A stretch of DNA of 62,249 nucleotides, counting the filler, from Choristocarpus tenellus KU-1152 (taxonomy: Eukaryota > Protista > Phaeophyceae): assembly GCA_964200185.2 (NCBI GenBank). It is 11 parts of 11 records of this genome, joined end to end, with 100 filler letters (N's around TTAATTAATTAA, not from the genome) between each part and the next. Parts side by side here need not be neighbours in the genome. Positions count along the whole stretch, not along the records: positions 11,628 to 24,102 come from CAXNAD020001821.1; 10 more parts are not named here. One strand, written 5' to 3'. Each line of letters begins with the position of its first letter. Within the stretch, counting starts at the first letter, position 1. Shown here in pieces: positions 12,004 to 22,592 of this stretch. The position numbers and the translations under genes were made by a program. The notes below the pieces were generated by a model that worked only from the letters and a program-made list of their open reading frames with translations, was not told where the DNA came from and made no database searches.

Positions 12004-15000
12004 CTGCATGAAAGGCTCCTCGAAGAAAAGAGACACCAGCTCATCCCTCCCATTGGTGTGGTTGAAGAACACAAACAAGCTCCAGTGCAGAAGCCAGCTA
12101 CGCTGCTGCAGCTGCTCCAGTGGGGTTGCACTCATAAACTCAATACACCCCTTGATCTCCCTCAGCAGTGTCAGCGCCCCATCCCTTCCACCAGCAAGAA
12201 CACCATCGATTGATCAGACTCCTACATTACACTTACTAATAAAAAAAAAGACACGCACACACACATTTTGTTAACATGCATATACACATACATCAAACCA
12301 AATGATCCCCTCAAACCTCCACTCCCTAAACCCCCCACACAAAGCACATCCCATCAACACTTGTTCTCCCTCCCTCCCCCCTCCCCTCCCAAGCCATCCT
12401 CCCCCAAAAGACAAAAAAACAAGGGAACAAATGCTGCGCTTACCAATTAGCCACGAGAACTTCACACGCCATCCTACCCCATAGAGCGTTCATGCCATTT
12501 GGACCACTGCCAGATACGCCTGGGGTCTGAGCCACTTCGCAGTAGGCCTTGAGAGCAGCACCGGCAGCCTCGTAGTCACCACAGTCGTAGTTGAACTTGG
12601 CATTCGCAAAATAAGAACTCAAAGCTGCATCTGGCAGTTGAAACTCAACCTTGATCCCCTGTACAAGTGAAACACAAGGAGGGCATTCAATGCAGGGGTG
12701 GGGGCGGTGGGGGGAGGGGGAGGGCGGGGTGTGGGCAAGTGTCGCTTCCCTTTAGGTTCTACAGATGTGTTCCCGAAGCGTGTACCCAGAGCTCCTTGAC
12801 AGATCTGAAGCATTTGATGCGAATAAAAAAAAAGGGAGTGATTTCAACAATTTAAGAAAAGGCACATGCAGGTAGACAGTGCACTCGAGACGTTTTACCC
12901 TGTCTACCCTGACATAAAAAGAAAAGAAAACAAACAGGAAGAGAATTCGGTTTCGATATTATAAATAGCAGGAGGCAAGCGAGCACACACAGCCGATACG
13001 TGTACATCTTCTCGATTTTTCAAAAAAAAATTCGAGTGCAATATTAGCTTATCTTAACTTTAATCACTAGGCACTGAGGTGTACACAGCGAGCTTGATAG
13101 TGAAAAGAAGAACACACGACTGGAGAAATATCTCTCATCTATCGAGAAAACTGCACTGTTGTTGAGATAACCTGCTTGCACACCACTACAATGCACCACT
13201 CCACCTCACAAGTTGCGAACAACACCTTGAGAAAATGAAATTATCGCATTACACATTAACAACGCCTCACAATAGATAAACCAAAAATTTCCACATGACC
13301 GCCTGTGAAACCAACTTAAAAAACACACAACTCCAACAAAACAGTACACCCAAGATCACACCTCTGATGAAAAATACTTGGGTTTGTGTATTTTAAACCC
13401 ATGCATAACAGGCATCTCATCTAATAGTCCCGCTAAACTTCCCCTCCCCCGCCTCCCCAATTCCTTTACCTCCCAGTTGAAGTTCTGCTCCTTGATGAGC
13501 TTCTCTACCGCTATCTGAGATGGTGTCAGGCTACTGTGATCCGTGTGACCCATCGCAGCTTGCTCCACAACCTCCTATCAGTGCAATGGCGAGTTGGGAA
13601 CATGGGGAGCATCACGCACACGGATCAGTGGACACAATAGCCTTCAATAATACTACCAAACCCTAAGACACTTGAGAGTGGTAGAAAAGCAAAAGAGCTC
13701 TAGTGTACAAGGAAGGCATACACCAACTCAGCCGCTACCGCAGAATGCACTGGTTGTTGCTTCAATCAGGACATCCCTACATCTCCAAAATTCAATCTCC
13801 ATCATCACAGTATCACCTTACATTACCCCTCAGAAGGCTCTGCAACAAGCGACACTACATATACCATCAGTATTTCACCACCTAGAAAGAAGCCCCCTTG
13901 CAAAACAAGATATGTCTGACAAAAACAGCAAACCCACACGCAAAATAGCGTAAGCATTCCACGCACAAAAACAGGTGCATGAACAGACCCAAGACGCAAG
14001 CCCGCAACAAGAACAACATCCGTTTCTCAACCTTGACCCTAGATCTTCACACACCATCGCCACCCCTCTGCGAGATAGAACTCCCCCTCAAGCGGGAGGA
14101 TCTCCTCACAAGAATGACAGAAACAAAAACTGCCTACAAAAAAAATGGGCTTACCATCACAGCACTCAGCACTAACTACAATGCAGCCGTTGGAAAAAAC
14201 GATCCCGCATTAAGCAAACTCCACCAACACCTAGTACTCTTTAGACACACACACAAACAAACAATACACTACCTTGCTCCACAGATACTTTCACAACCAA
14301 GGAGTACCGGTACAAGCGCAATCAATCAGTGGGAACACTGTATTGGCCTCACCCTCCTTTCACTTAGCCCAACCAAATCATCTCCCAACACCTTCCTGCT
14401 TCGTCCGAGACCCACCAAGTTTTCAAGCCTCCCCTAACGTTAGCCCCCCTTGTACATAGAAAACCATGGTTCGGACTGAACAACCCATGCAAGAGTTGAA
14501 TGTCAGAATGCGCACATGATCGCTACTCTCCTCTCCATTATACAAGGAGGAAAGCAAGATAAATTGCAAGAGCGATGTCTATTCTAATTGAATTAGAGAA
14601 AAAAATCACAGTCTGTGCAGCATCGGCTTCTTACCCCTAGAACCAAAAGTCAAACACTGGTGTACAGGGATGGTCAGGACTTAAATTTGAACTTCATCAA
14701 AATAAACTATTAGAATAGAGTGGTGCTGCAAAATACCCACCTGCAGGATATCATTGAGACCTATCTGAAAAAATCAATACAATAGAATTATTCTCTGAGC
14801 AGCACAGAAGTGGAACAACCGTTAAATCACTGCAGACAGATTTCTGTCGGAGTACAAACCTTGTCCGCCAAGATCTCAGTGAGCATAGAAGCCTCCTCCT
14901 TCAGGGCTGACATCTTGGTGAACACCTCTGTCCTGCGCTCCACCATCTCTGTCGGCACAAAGTTTATGAGGTAAGAAGGGGAGGGAGCAGGAAGAATATC

Positions 15001-16149
15001 GAGAAACTAGGTCACTGACAGCATACATTATTCAGGCTTCTACAAAAAATGTTGAGGACTTCTAAGGATAAGGCGTCGTCCTACCGACCCTATCTTATTT
15101 ATACCCCTCCCAGAATATTTGCCTATAATTGCTCCCATGCATTTCTCTCATCCGAAAAGCATTATTTCCCAAAACCAAGGATCATCATTTCCATTTTCAC
15201 ACGAAACAGGAACTCTAGAGACGAGATGGGAACACTACGATGGCGGAATTTAGACTTGTAAGAAAAATCGTGACTGGGATGGGACTGACATGAAAAGGGC
15301 CATAGTGACAGGTTGTAGGATAATCTGTACACGCCCTGATATTGTTATTCAAGGCCATTGTTTGATCGACGGAAGTAGGAAGCAGTCAGGGTAATAACGG
15401 AGGTGACCGCCTGTGAGAGAAGGCATCCAAACGAAGACTGTATCGGGGACGTGTGGGCTCGAGTAGACTAGAGAAATCAAGGGCAATAAGACCTTGTACG
15501 CATAATTTTCCCCTCTTCTGCAGGGAAGAACAGAAGGGCATAGCAGTAAAGTGCTTCGCATTCCGTCTATGGTATCGTTACTCACCTGGGGGGTCTTGCG
15601 TAGTGTTGTTGAGAGTCTTATAGATGTCCATAGCGTAGTCTGCCTGATGAAGAAAGGAGGTGCAAGGATATTTCTATTACCACACGAAACTATGTAATCT
15701 GCGTAGGGGTTGCGGGTACTTCGCAAATATAGACATGACCTCTTCCTGCACCGTACTACACCATGAGATAGCGAAGACCTGATCAGAGATTAACTTCCTC
15801 GGCACCTCCATCCCTCAATCTCCGGCCTCTAATCCAGAAAAAAAATGGCAACACCAATATCTCTCAGCCTTCTCGACTTCCGGCAATGATAGACCCTAGT
15901 GATGGTATCAGACTGAGATAGGTCAAGTACCAAAAGGAAACCACTGCAGAGTCCCGGGGCAATCCGTACCATATTGGTAGACTCCAGCAGATCCATCCGG
16001 GCCCTGGCCACCTGATCTTCTGGGTATATCTCCCTCTGTTCGACGAAGTCCAGCAAGGGGAACATCATGTGGAGGTCGAGATACTCACTGATTACTCTGG
16101 TTATGTCATACTTGGAGGTGCCAGGCTTTCGCACACTCTCGTCCGCCAT
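12004..16149 (-). CDS. EIF3E: Eukaryotic translation initiation factor 3 subunit E, 5' part. Exons 15970-16149, 15586-15643, 14860-14948, 13470-13514, 12444-12658, 12004-12184; 3' end lost at the contig break
   Basis: Spliced translation KYDITRVISEYLDLHMMFPLLDF..LLESTNM/ADYAMDIYK..AKFNYDCGDY..ALWGRMACEVLVANW..PLEQLQQRSWLLHWSLFVFFNH matches eIF3e/Int6 signatures. GT-AG introns are phase-consistent. Confidence 0.93.
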
Positions 16150-16516
16150 ACTTCTTCCTAGCAACAGCCGACTGCTGTCGTCCTTGAAGGTGGAGAAAGA
16201 AGGGGTGGTCTCCAAGCAGCACCCAGGAGCCTCACCCAACACCCAACGTTTCAAATCCCAAACCCTCTCCTCTTCACCCTCCCAAACACACGGCTGTCCT
16301 CGCTCGCGTACCCTCAATACGGCCAGAATATATTTTTGATCTTTGAACGAAATATGATGGGACTACACAAATTGTTTTTTCTTATTTTCTTACATTATTT
16401 CCTTAAACAAAAAAATCCTCTCCAGGGTGTGGCTCTGAGGGTGTGGGAAGCCACAGGTGGGGGTGCACAGCTTCTCAAAATACAACTGGGGGGGTGGGCT
16501 CGCTTCCAAACCAGAG
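16150..16516. promoter_or_regulatory. Putative shared bidirectional promoter and 5' UTR region of EIF3E and RPL26
   Basis: Divergent start codons only ~370 nt apart, with an AT-rich core at 16325-16420. Confidence 0.5.
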
Positions 16517-19500
16517 AGTGAGTATTGCTCGTTATCTGTGAAGATTATACCACGATGGTGTTTGCATGAGTTTGCCTTTAAATGCAGACACCGAAGTTGG
16601 GGGCCAGACGTGATCTAGGTTGTGGTTTAGCAGCGAGTGAATTTTGCTCGCAATTTTCGAAATTATCAAAAAGGGTTAGTTGCGCTAGTACCTTATATCT
16701 CCCAGTACTTTCACGCGATGGTTTCAATGCATTATTGTGATTGCGAAAGAGATACTTGTGATGTGTGATGCTGGTTCACTCCCGTGCTCACTGGTGTCCG
16801 TCTCCACCAGATTTGCCACAGCCTTCCTGCCCGCTTAACTACTCACTTTCTACTCTTTTGGTATTTCTAAACTAGTCACTAACTTACTCCGTTTCGCAAC
16901 TGCCGGCTTTTTGTTATCAGTGAAGCTGAACCCCAATGTCTCATCGTCCCGGCGGAAGAGCCGGAAGGCGCACTTCAGTGCGCACTCGGAGAAGCGCCGG
17001 GTGCTTATGTCTTCCGGGCTAAGTAAGGACCTTTTTGAGAAGCATAATGTGAGGAACACGTGCTACTGTGGAACTCGAATTTCCCGTGGACGTTAGGGAA
17101 AATGGGGTGCTTTGTTTTGATCTGGACGTACGGGTAAGAATTGCCTGGTCATTTGTGTAAACGTAACTCTTCTCGTTGGTTTTCCTCCTTCGCGGTGTTA
17201 GTCGTAGTGGATGTAGCGTAGGCTCTTCCATGGATTACCCACTTCGTAGAAGTGGGTTTGACGACTACTGCCACCATCAGATAGATCTTTCCAACCAAAA
17301 CAAGAGTTCAGGGTGTGGTTCCAATCAATCAAGCTTGAGCTCAATCTCTGCAACCGCACTATATGCTGTGCATATGTTCCGAGCGGTTTTGTCCGACTAT
17401 AACTCTTCTTTTGCGAGCCTTCATCTCGACACGCTCATCGATGTATCTTGATTATGCGAAGAGAACAGGGACTGGGTAAAAATTTATGTGGAATTTCAAG
17501 GTGGCCGTCAGTGATGCTCAAACTTTAAGCATTCTTTTTGCTTAATAAATACTGAAGAGCACACAAGATAAGACTACGATGGACTGAGGCAGCCACCTCC
17601 ACCCTCCCCATCCTATCTACACTGTTTTTCAAACACTACTGTATTTTGTATGTGCCGCCTGGATTACATGAAGAGGGGGCAATATGCGCTATGAAGGTGG
17701 CCGTCAGTGATGCTCAAACTTAAAAAGACTTTGATGCTGAATAATTACTGAAGAGCACAAAAGATAAGACTACGATGGACTGAGGCAGCCACCCTCACCC
17801 TTTCAATTTTTACACTTTCTACTATCACCTGCATACGATCAATCCTTGGAGTACTTTACATCACTGAAAAGAATTTGTGAGAATCCAATTAAAGTTCAAT
17901 GAAGTCATCGGTGATGTTCAAACTTCAATTTTTAGATCAACAATGCCATTCTGGCTGGTCCTCTTGTGGTAATCTCTGGCGAAATGTAGGGACCGATTTG
18001 TATTAATCTGTTGATCTCACTGCTGCCTTCATTTACAAGAGAGTGAATGGGTTTTATGCGGTGGATTGGACATTTTGCAGGGCATCAAGAGCACGATATT
18101 TTGAAAAATATGACAATCCTCATCGTTATTTTTTTCCAGGTTTGGTTTGAGAGATTATGATGACATTTTTGGGGTTGCATTTTTTATCGATCATTTTTCA
18201 ATTCAAAACAAGTTAGGTCGCATTCTGAGTCTTGCAGGTGTTGCATATATCGTGTGCTCCCACAAATGTTTTTTAAATCTTTTTTGCTCATGTTTTGACG
18301 TAACCTGTTTCAGTCATTGAGATGGATGACTAGTGGAGCATGACTACGTGTGTGTTGGCACGTCCTCGATTTTGCTGTAATCAATTATAGTTGATTTTGC
18401 AGAGTAACCTGATGGTCTGAAATGCTGAACCTCTCCTTCCCTGAATCTCCATATTGGGAGATATTCATAGCCCGAGCAAGAAATGGTTGCCGGTGATGCT
18501 GAAATTAAAAAAAAAAAAGAAAAAGACTTTGATGCTGATCACTCGTTGAAGAGCAAATTTAATGACTACGATGGACTGAGGCAACCACTTTTTCCCCCGT
18601 CGCATCCTAATCTTTATCCTAGTTTGTTTGTGACTTCTTTGTTCTAGTTAGTTGATCGTATCCTATATATATATAATCTCAACAACATTTGATCCGTGTG
18701 TATCGCTCGAGGCGTGTTATCTAACATCAGGGTCATGATGCTCGGTCTTATCATTCTGTAACTGTATTTTTTGGTAAGAAAAAAAAATTGGGCATGGGAA
18801 GTAAGTACCACTCTTACTGATTAAATCTGCTGCGCCCCTTCTGTACCTCAAAATGTCGCCTTGTACACCAGGTCAGATCGCTACCCATCCGTACAGGGGA
18901 TGAGGTGATGGTGGTCCGAGGTCAGTTCCGTAACAGGGAGGGCAAGGTAGAGCAGTGCTACCGGAAGAAGTTTGTGATCCACATTGAGCGCATCACTCGG
19001 GAGAAGGCCAACGGTGAATTTGGGGCGGGATGGGGGGGGGTAGGGGTAAAGGGTGGGATTACTGTGTTTTTTGTGGTCCACAGTTGATGTCATTGATGTT
19101 TTTGGGGGTGTGCTTGGGTGGAGTTGCTTTAACGGGAACCTCTGTTTTGCATTAAATTTTACAAATTAGGTTTGGTTTGAGGGGAGATGATATAGGGAGA
19201 ATAGGTACTTGAGGGTGGTCGGATTTCTTTTTTTTTGACGGGATGTTACGGTTCTTGTTGGTTAAATGGAATGGGATATTTTGTTGGAGATGGGTCATAG
19301 ATGTATGCTTTATAATAAATTGTGTGTGATGTTTGTTTAGTTCAACATGTACTGTTACTGTGGAATCAAAATTTGTTGTAAATCCTATTGTGGATTGTGT
19401 ATACATGAGAAAGGTTAGTTTCGTCTTTTAATCCTTCTGAGGGGTACTGAAGTTGCAAAGTTTCTCGATTTGTTGATGCCCGATTCTGCTTCAATTCTAC

Positions 19501-19843
19501 TACCACTTTTACCGCCCTTGAGTATTCCTATCATAGTCTTTACATTTCTATGCACTTATTGATACTGAGCTTGAAAGCTCAGATGCAGAGACAGGCATGG
19601 CATGTAGACACCTTGACCGATAAACTGCGGTTTACCTTTGTATGGCTGTATCTCTATGGACTCTTTCCAGGTAACACTGTGTCTGTGGGCATCCACCCCT
19701 CCAAGGTGGTGATCACCAAGATCAAGATGGACAAAGATCGCAAGGCACTTCTGGAGCGCAAAGATCGCTCAACAAAGGGTGACAAGAAGGGCAAGCCTGC
19801 ATCTTCTGCAACCATGGATGTTAACATGGCAGGCGTGGACTAA
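16517..19843 (+). CDS. RPL26: 60S ribosomal protein L26 (uL24). Exons 16517 (A of ATG), 16921-17048, 18872-19013, 19671-19843
   Basis: [88 protein letters not shown]. Canonical GT-AG introns. The position of the first micro-coding exon is inferred. Confidence 0.95.
17500..17597 (+). ncRNA. Intronic box C/D snoRNA, copy 1 (18S guide)
   Basis: Terminal stem GGTGGC/GCCACC, box C GTGATG(C) at 17511, C' TGAAGA, box D CTGA at 17584. Guide TAAGACTACGATGG is complementary to 18S CCAUCGUAGUCUUA. Confidence 0.8.
17696..17793 (+). ncRNA. Intronic box C/D snoRNA, copy 2 (double 18S guide)
   Basis: Same stem and boxes. D' CTGA at 17737 is preceded by AAAGACTTTGAT (complement of 18S AUCAAAGUCUUU). D guide is TAAGACTACGATGG. 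Confidence 0.85.
18151..18233 (+). ncRNA. Candidate box C/D snoRNA (different family)
   Basis: Canonical box C ATGATGA at 18157, box D CTGA at 18225, short terminal stem GAGAT/GTCTT. Confidence 0.5.
18484..18587 (+). ncRNA. Intronic box C/D snoRNA, copy 3 (double 18S guide)
   Basis: Stem TGGTTGCC/GGCAACCA differs from copies 1-2 but still pairs. Box C GTGATG(C), D' CTGA at 18535 with AAAGACTTTGAT, C' TGAAGA, D CTGA at 18576 with GACTACGATGG. Confidence 0.85.
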
Positions 19844-20433
19844 GTGGAAGCAGCAGCACCTTGACCTTGACCTTCTTAGCTATGTGGATTGGATTGTGCA
19901 GCTTGTCTGATGTGATCCTCATTTGATGTGCTCTTCTGAGTTTTGCCCCAGAGTTGTGGAATGTTGGGAGGATACTACCCTCTCCCTGTTGCATCCCCTG
20001 CTGTCCCCTTCGTGTCATCTTGCTTGGTTCCTTCATCTGCCGCACTTCATGAGTGCACAGGAAATGGACTTGTAGAATGGCATCCACGGTGAAAAAAAGT
20101 GTTGAACAAGTGTTGGAGACACCCCCACATAATAAATAAAAAAAGAGCATAAAAACAAAAAAGTGTGTGTGATTGTCATCTGAGGAGAAATGCATGCTGA
20201 ATAGTTTGACGTTTGAGATAGATTTTGCAGTGTCAGGTTTGACAGAGATAATGCTGGTGTCAAAGTTCATGTACTCCAGTTTTGAAGGAAAGGGATGAGG
20301 CCATACATGAATACTACTTTAAAAGATGAGATGCCTGTCTAAAGTACCCCCTTAAGTGTGGACAACTAAAGTACAGAACTAAGAGTGATACTTCTATTTC
20401 TGTTTCTTTTCCTGTTGTAAAGAAGACAGGATT

Positions 20434-20614
20434 GGTTGAAAGTATATGGGGTGGGCGGGGGGGGTCTACACCAGGGTGTGTCCATTTGGACTCTGACCAG
20501 GAAAAGTGCACTTATATTATCCATCTGACACATGCAACATAAATCATCCAAAGATTGCGACATGGAAGAATGGACCCCAAATGGATACCCGCCACCCCCC
20601 GGACACATAAAGTC
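20434..20614 (+). mobile_element. Full-length diverged copy of the G-tract TIR element
   Basis: Both termini present (GGTTGAAAGTATATGGGG ... CCCCGGACACATAAAGTC), flanked on both sides by GATT. Confidence 0.7.
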
Positions 20615-22592
20615 GATTGTCATAGTACACCATACACAAGTGAGCAGGATGTCTCCTCACTGGCCCTTAACAACTCAAGTTGAACCAGAAAAACCTCTTG
20701 AGCTTTTTTAAGAAGAGGACTGTTCATGTTAGCACACATCGTGGTGGAAGGTCATCTTTAGTGCTGAAAACTGGGTTTCAGTTTAGTGACCAGTATGATA
20801 TGACTGAAAAAAATTACCAACATTTATTGGAATATGTTGTACTGTGCAGTGTTAATGCATAGTATTATGTCACCTTGCTGAAGCACAATTTTTGCTCCTG
20901 GGAATTCCAGAATCTTCTGGTTTAGTTGGTGGCCTGCTGGGGTACATACTTGTGTTGGAAAAACTGGTCATCTTCCACTGATTTGAGAAAGTTCTTGAGC
21001 TTGGAAGTACATCAGTGGAATCGATTGGTACCTGTTTTGTTCCCTGTGGCCAGTTTATCTTATCGCCTCACAATAATCAACTTGGGTGCAGAACTCCACA
21101 TACGGTGAATTGACATTTGAGGTCTCAATTCTTTGATCACTTGATGAACACAGATCTGTTCTTTCCAATCTTGCAGCATACTCATACTCTAGATTCACAA
21201 CACCTCTCTGAAGAAGTGGATGATTTAGTGCTCATTGATCAAACAAATAAGAAAAAAAAATGTAAGAGGCGTACCAAAAGAGGTGCAGTGTGCCCAGAGG
21301 TCCAACCAAGGACAATGACAAAGAACAATGTAACCGATTAAATCAAGGATGCCACAACAGAGTATCACAACTACTTGTCGGCCCCTAAATATAGATGCGG
21401 ATGTAAGGTGTGTGTTCTATCATCCAACACAAAAGTGAGGTATCACAAATTACAGCAACCCTAAATCCATGCGTGTTTGAATTGTTATCAGGCCCTGAGA
21501 CCAAATCTCGGGAAGGACATTTCGCTCAAAAAGGTATGCAGCAAAAAATGGGAATAGTTGGGTCGAAGATCGCTACTTCTGCCGCTATGTAGAGATGTCT
21601 AAACAGCAGACCTTCGCACAGGAAATCCTACATGCATGTACAATTATCGTTATCCTTCTGCGAATACCTGTATGTAGATGTGCCAGAAAGAGGCATTTTT
21701 GAAGTGGATATGTTCAACTAACAGACACAAAGGCGAGATAAACAGGGACACAAATCTACCGAAAATGTGGTCATTCTAAAGCGATGTGTGCATCCATTCT
21801 CAGCGAGACGGGTCCTTCTATAGCACACCCGGCATGTACGACAAACAACAGTAATAAAAAAATCTCCTCCACGTTTCCTTGATAACACAACACAAGGATA
21901 AGAAACCAACGACTACATAATCCCGTCACGTTAAAATATACATGACACACATAAGCTGTGTCTGTTTGTCAGAATCAATTAAACAATTAAAATAACGTGA
22001 GTTCCCACATCCAGCCATAGCCTCTTCTCCACCAACACCAACACAAAGAACCGTGGCATACAAATAACAAATACCTAGTAAAACAAAAATGCAGAGAGAG
22101 CGTAACAGTACTTAACGAACCTACTGCATAACAGTCATTCATCCAGGAGGATGCGGTCATTGATCTGACCACACAGCATCAAGATTGTTCTAACAGAATA
22201 TAAACCATAATTTTTTTTTTGACAGGACACTACGTTTACAAATACGGAACGCCTTGTACAGGAACCCTCTTATCGACGGAAAAACGCTGAAACATAAAAT
22301 CCATACAAGTATAGGTAACACGTGGGTTCAAGAAGAAAAGAAATCAGGGGGGCACAGTTCCTAACCTGTCTTTCCCTCAGTCCTATTCTCTATTGTTCAT
22401 CCCCTTCATCCTCGAGACGGGATATACCAAATCAGGCAGGGAAGAGAGGGTGCTAGTAATGCCCCAATGGGAGCAGATGCGAAAGACAAAATTCCACTTC
22501 ACCAAAGGAAATCTATGGCTAAAGATTGAACATTACACACAAATACGCACAGCCTAATCCAACATGTCAGGAAAACTTCAAACATGCCCCCT

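Noticed and set aside
13979-14437. 152-aa ORF antisense within an eIF3e intron
   Set aside because: Possibly an old retroelement scrap, but it has no diagnostic motif and is not supportable as a gene.
17165-17308. SRP RNA or RNase P/MRP assignment for the Y-shaped fold
   Set aside because: No helix-8 SRP54 motif, Alu domain or P4 consensus could be found.
19520-19540. snR30/U17 m1-like GTATTCCTA in RPL26 intron 3
   Set aside because: No downstream m2 (AAACCAU) motif or supporting hairpin.
20680-21600. Possible decayed transposase (hAT-like) remnant
   Set aside because: Coding-like composition, but no convincing motif or termini.
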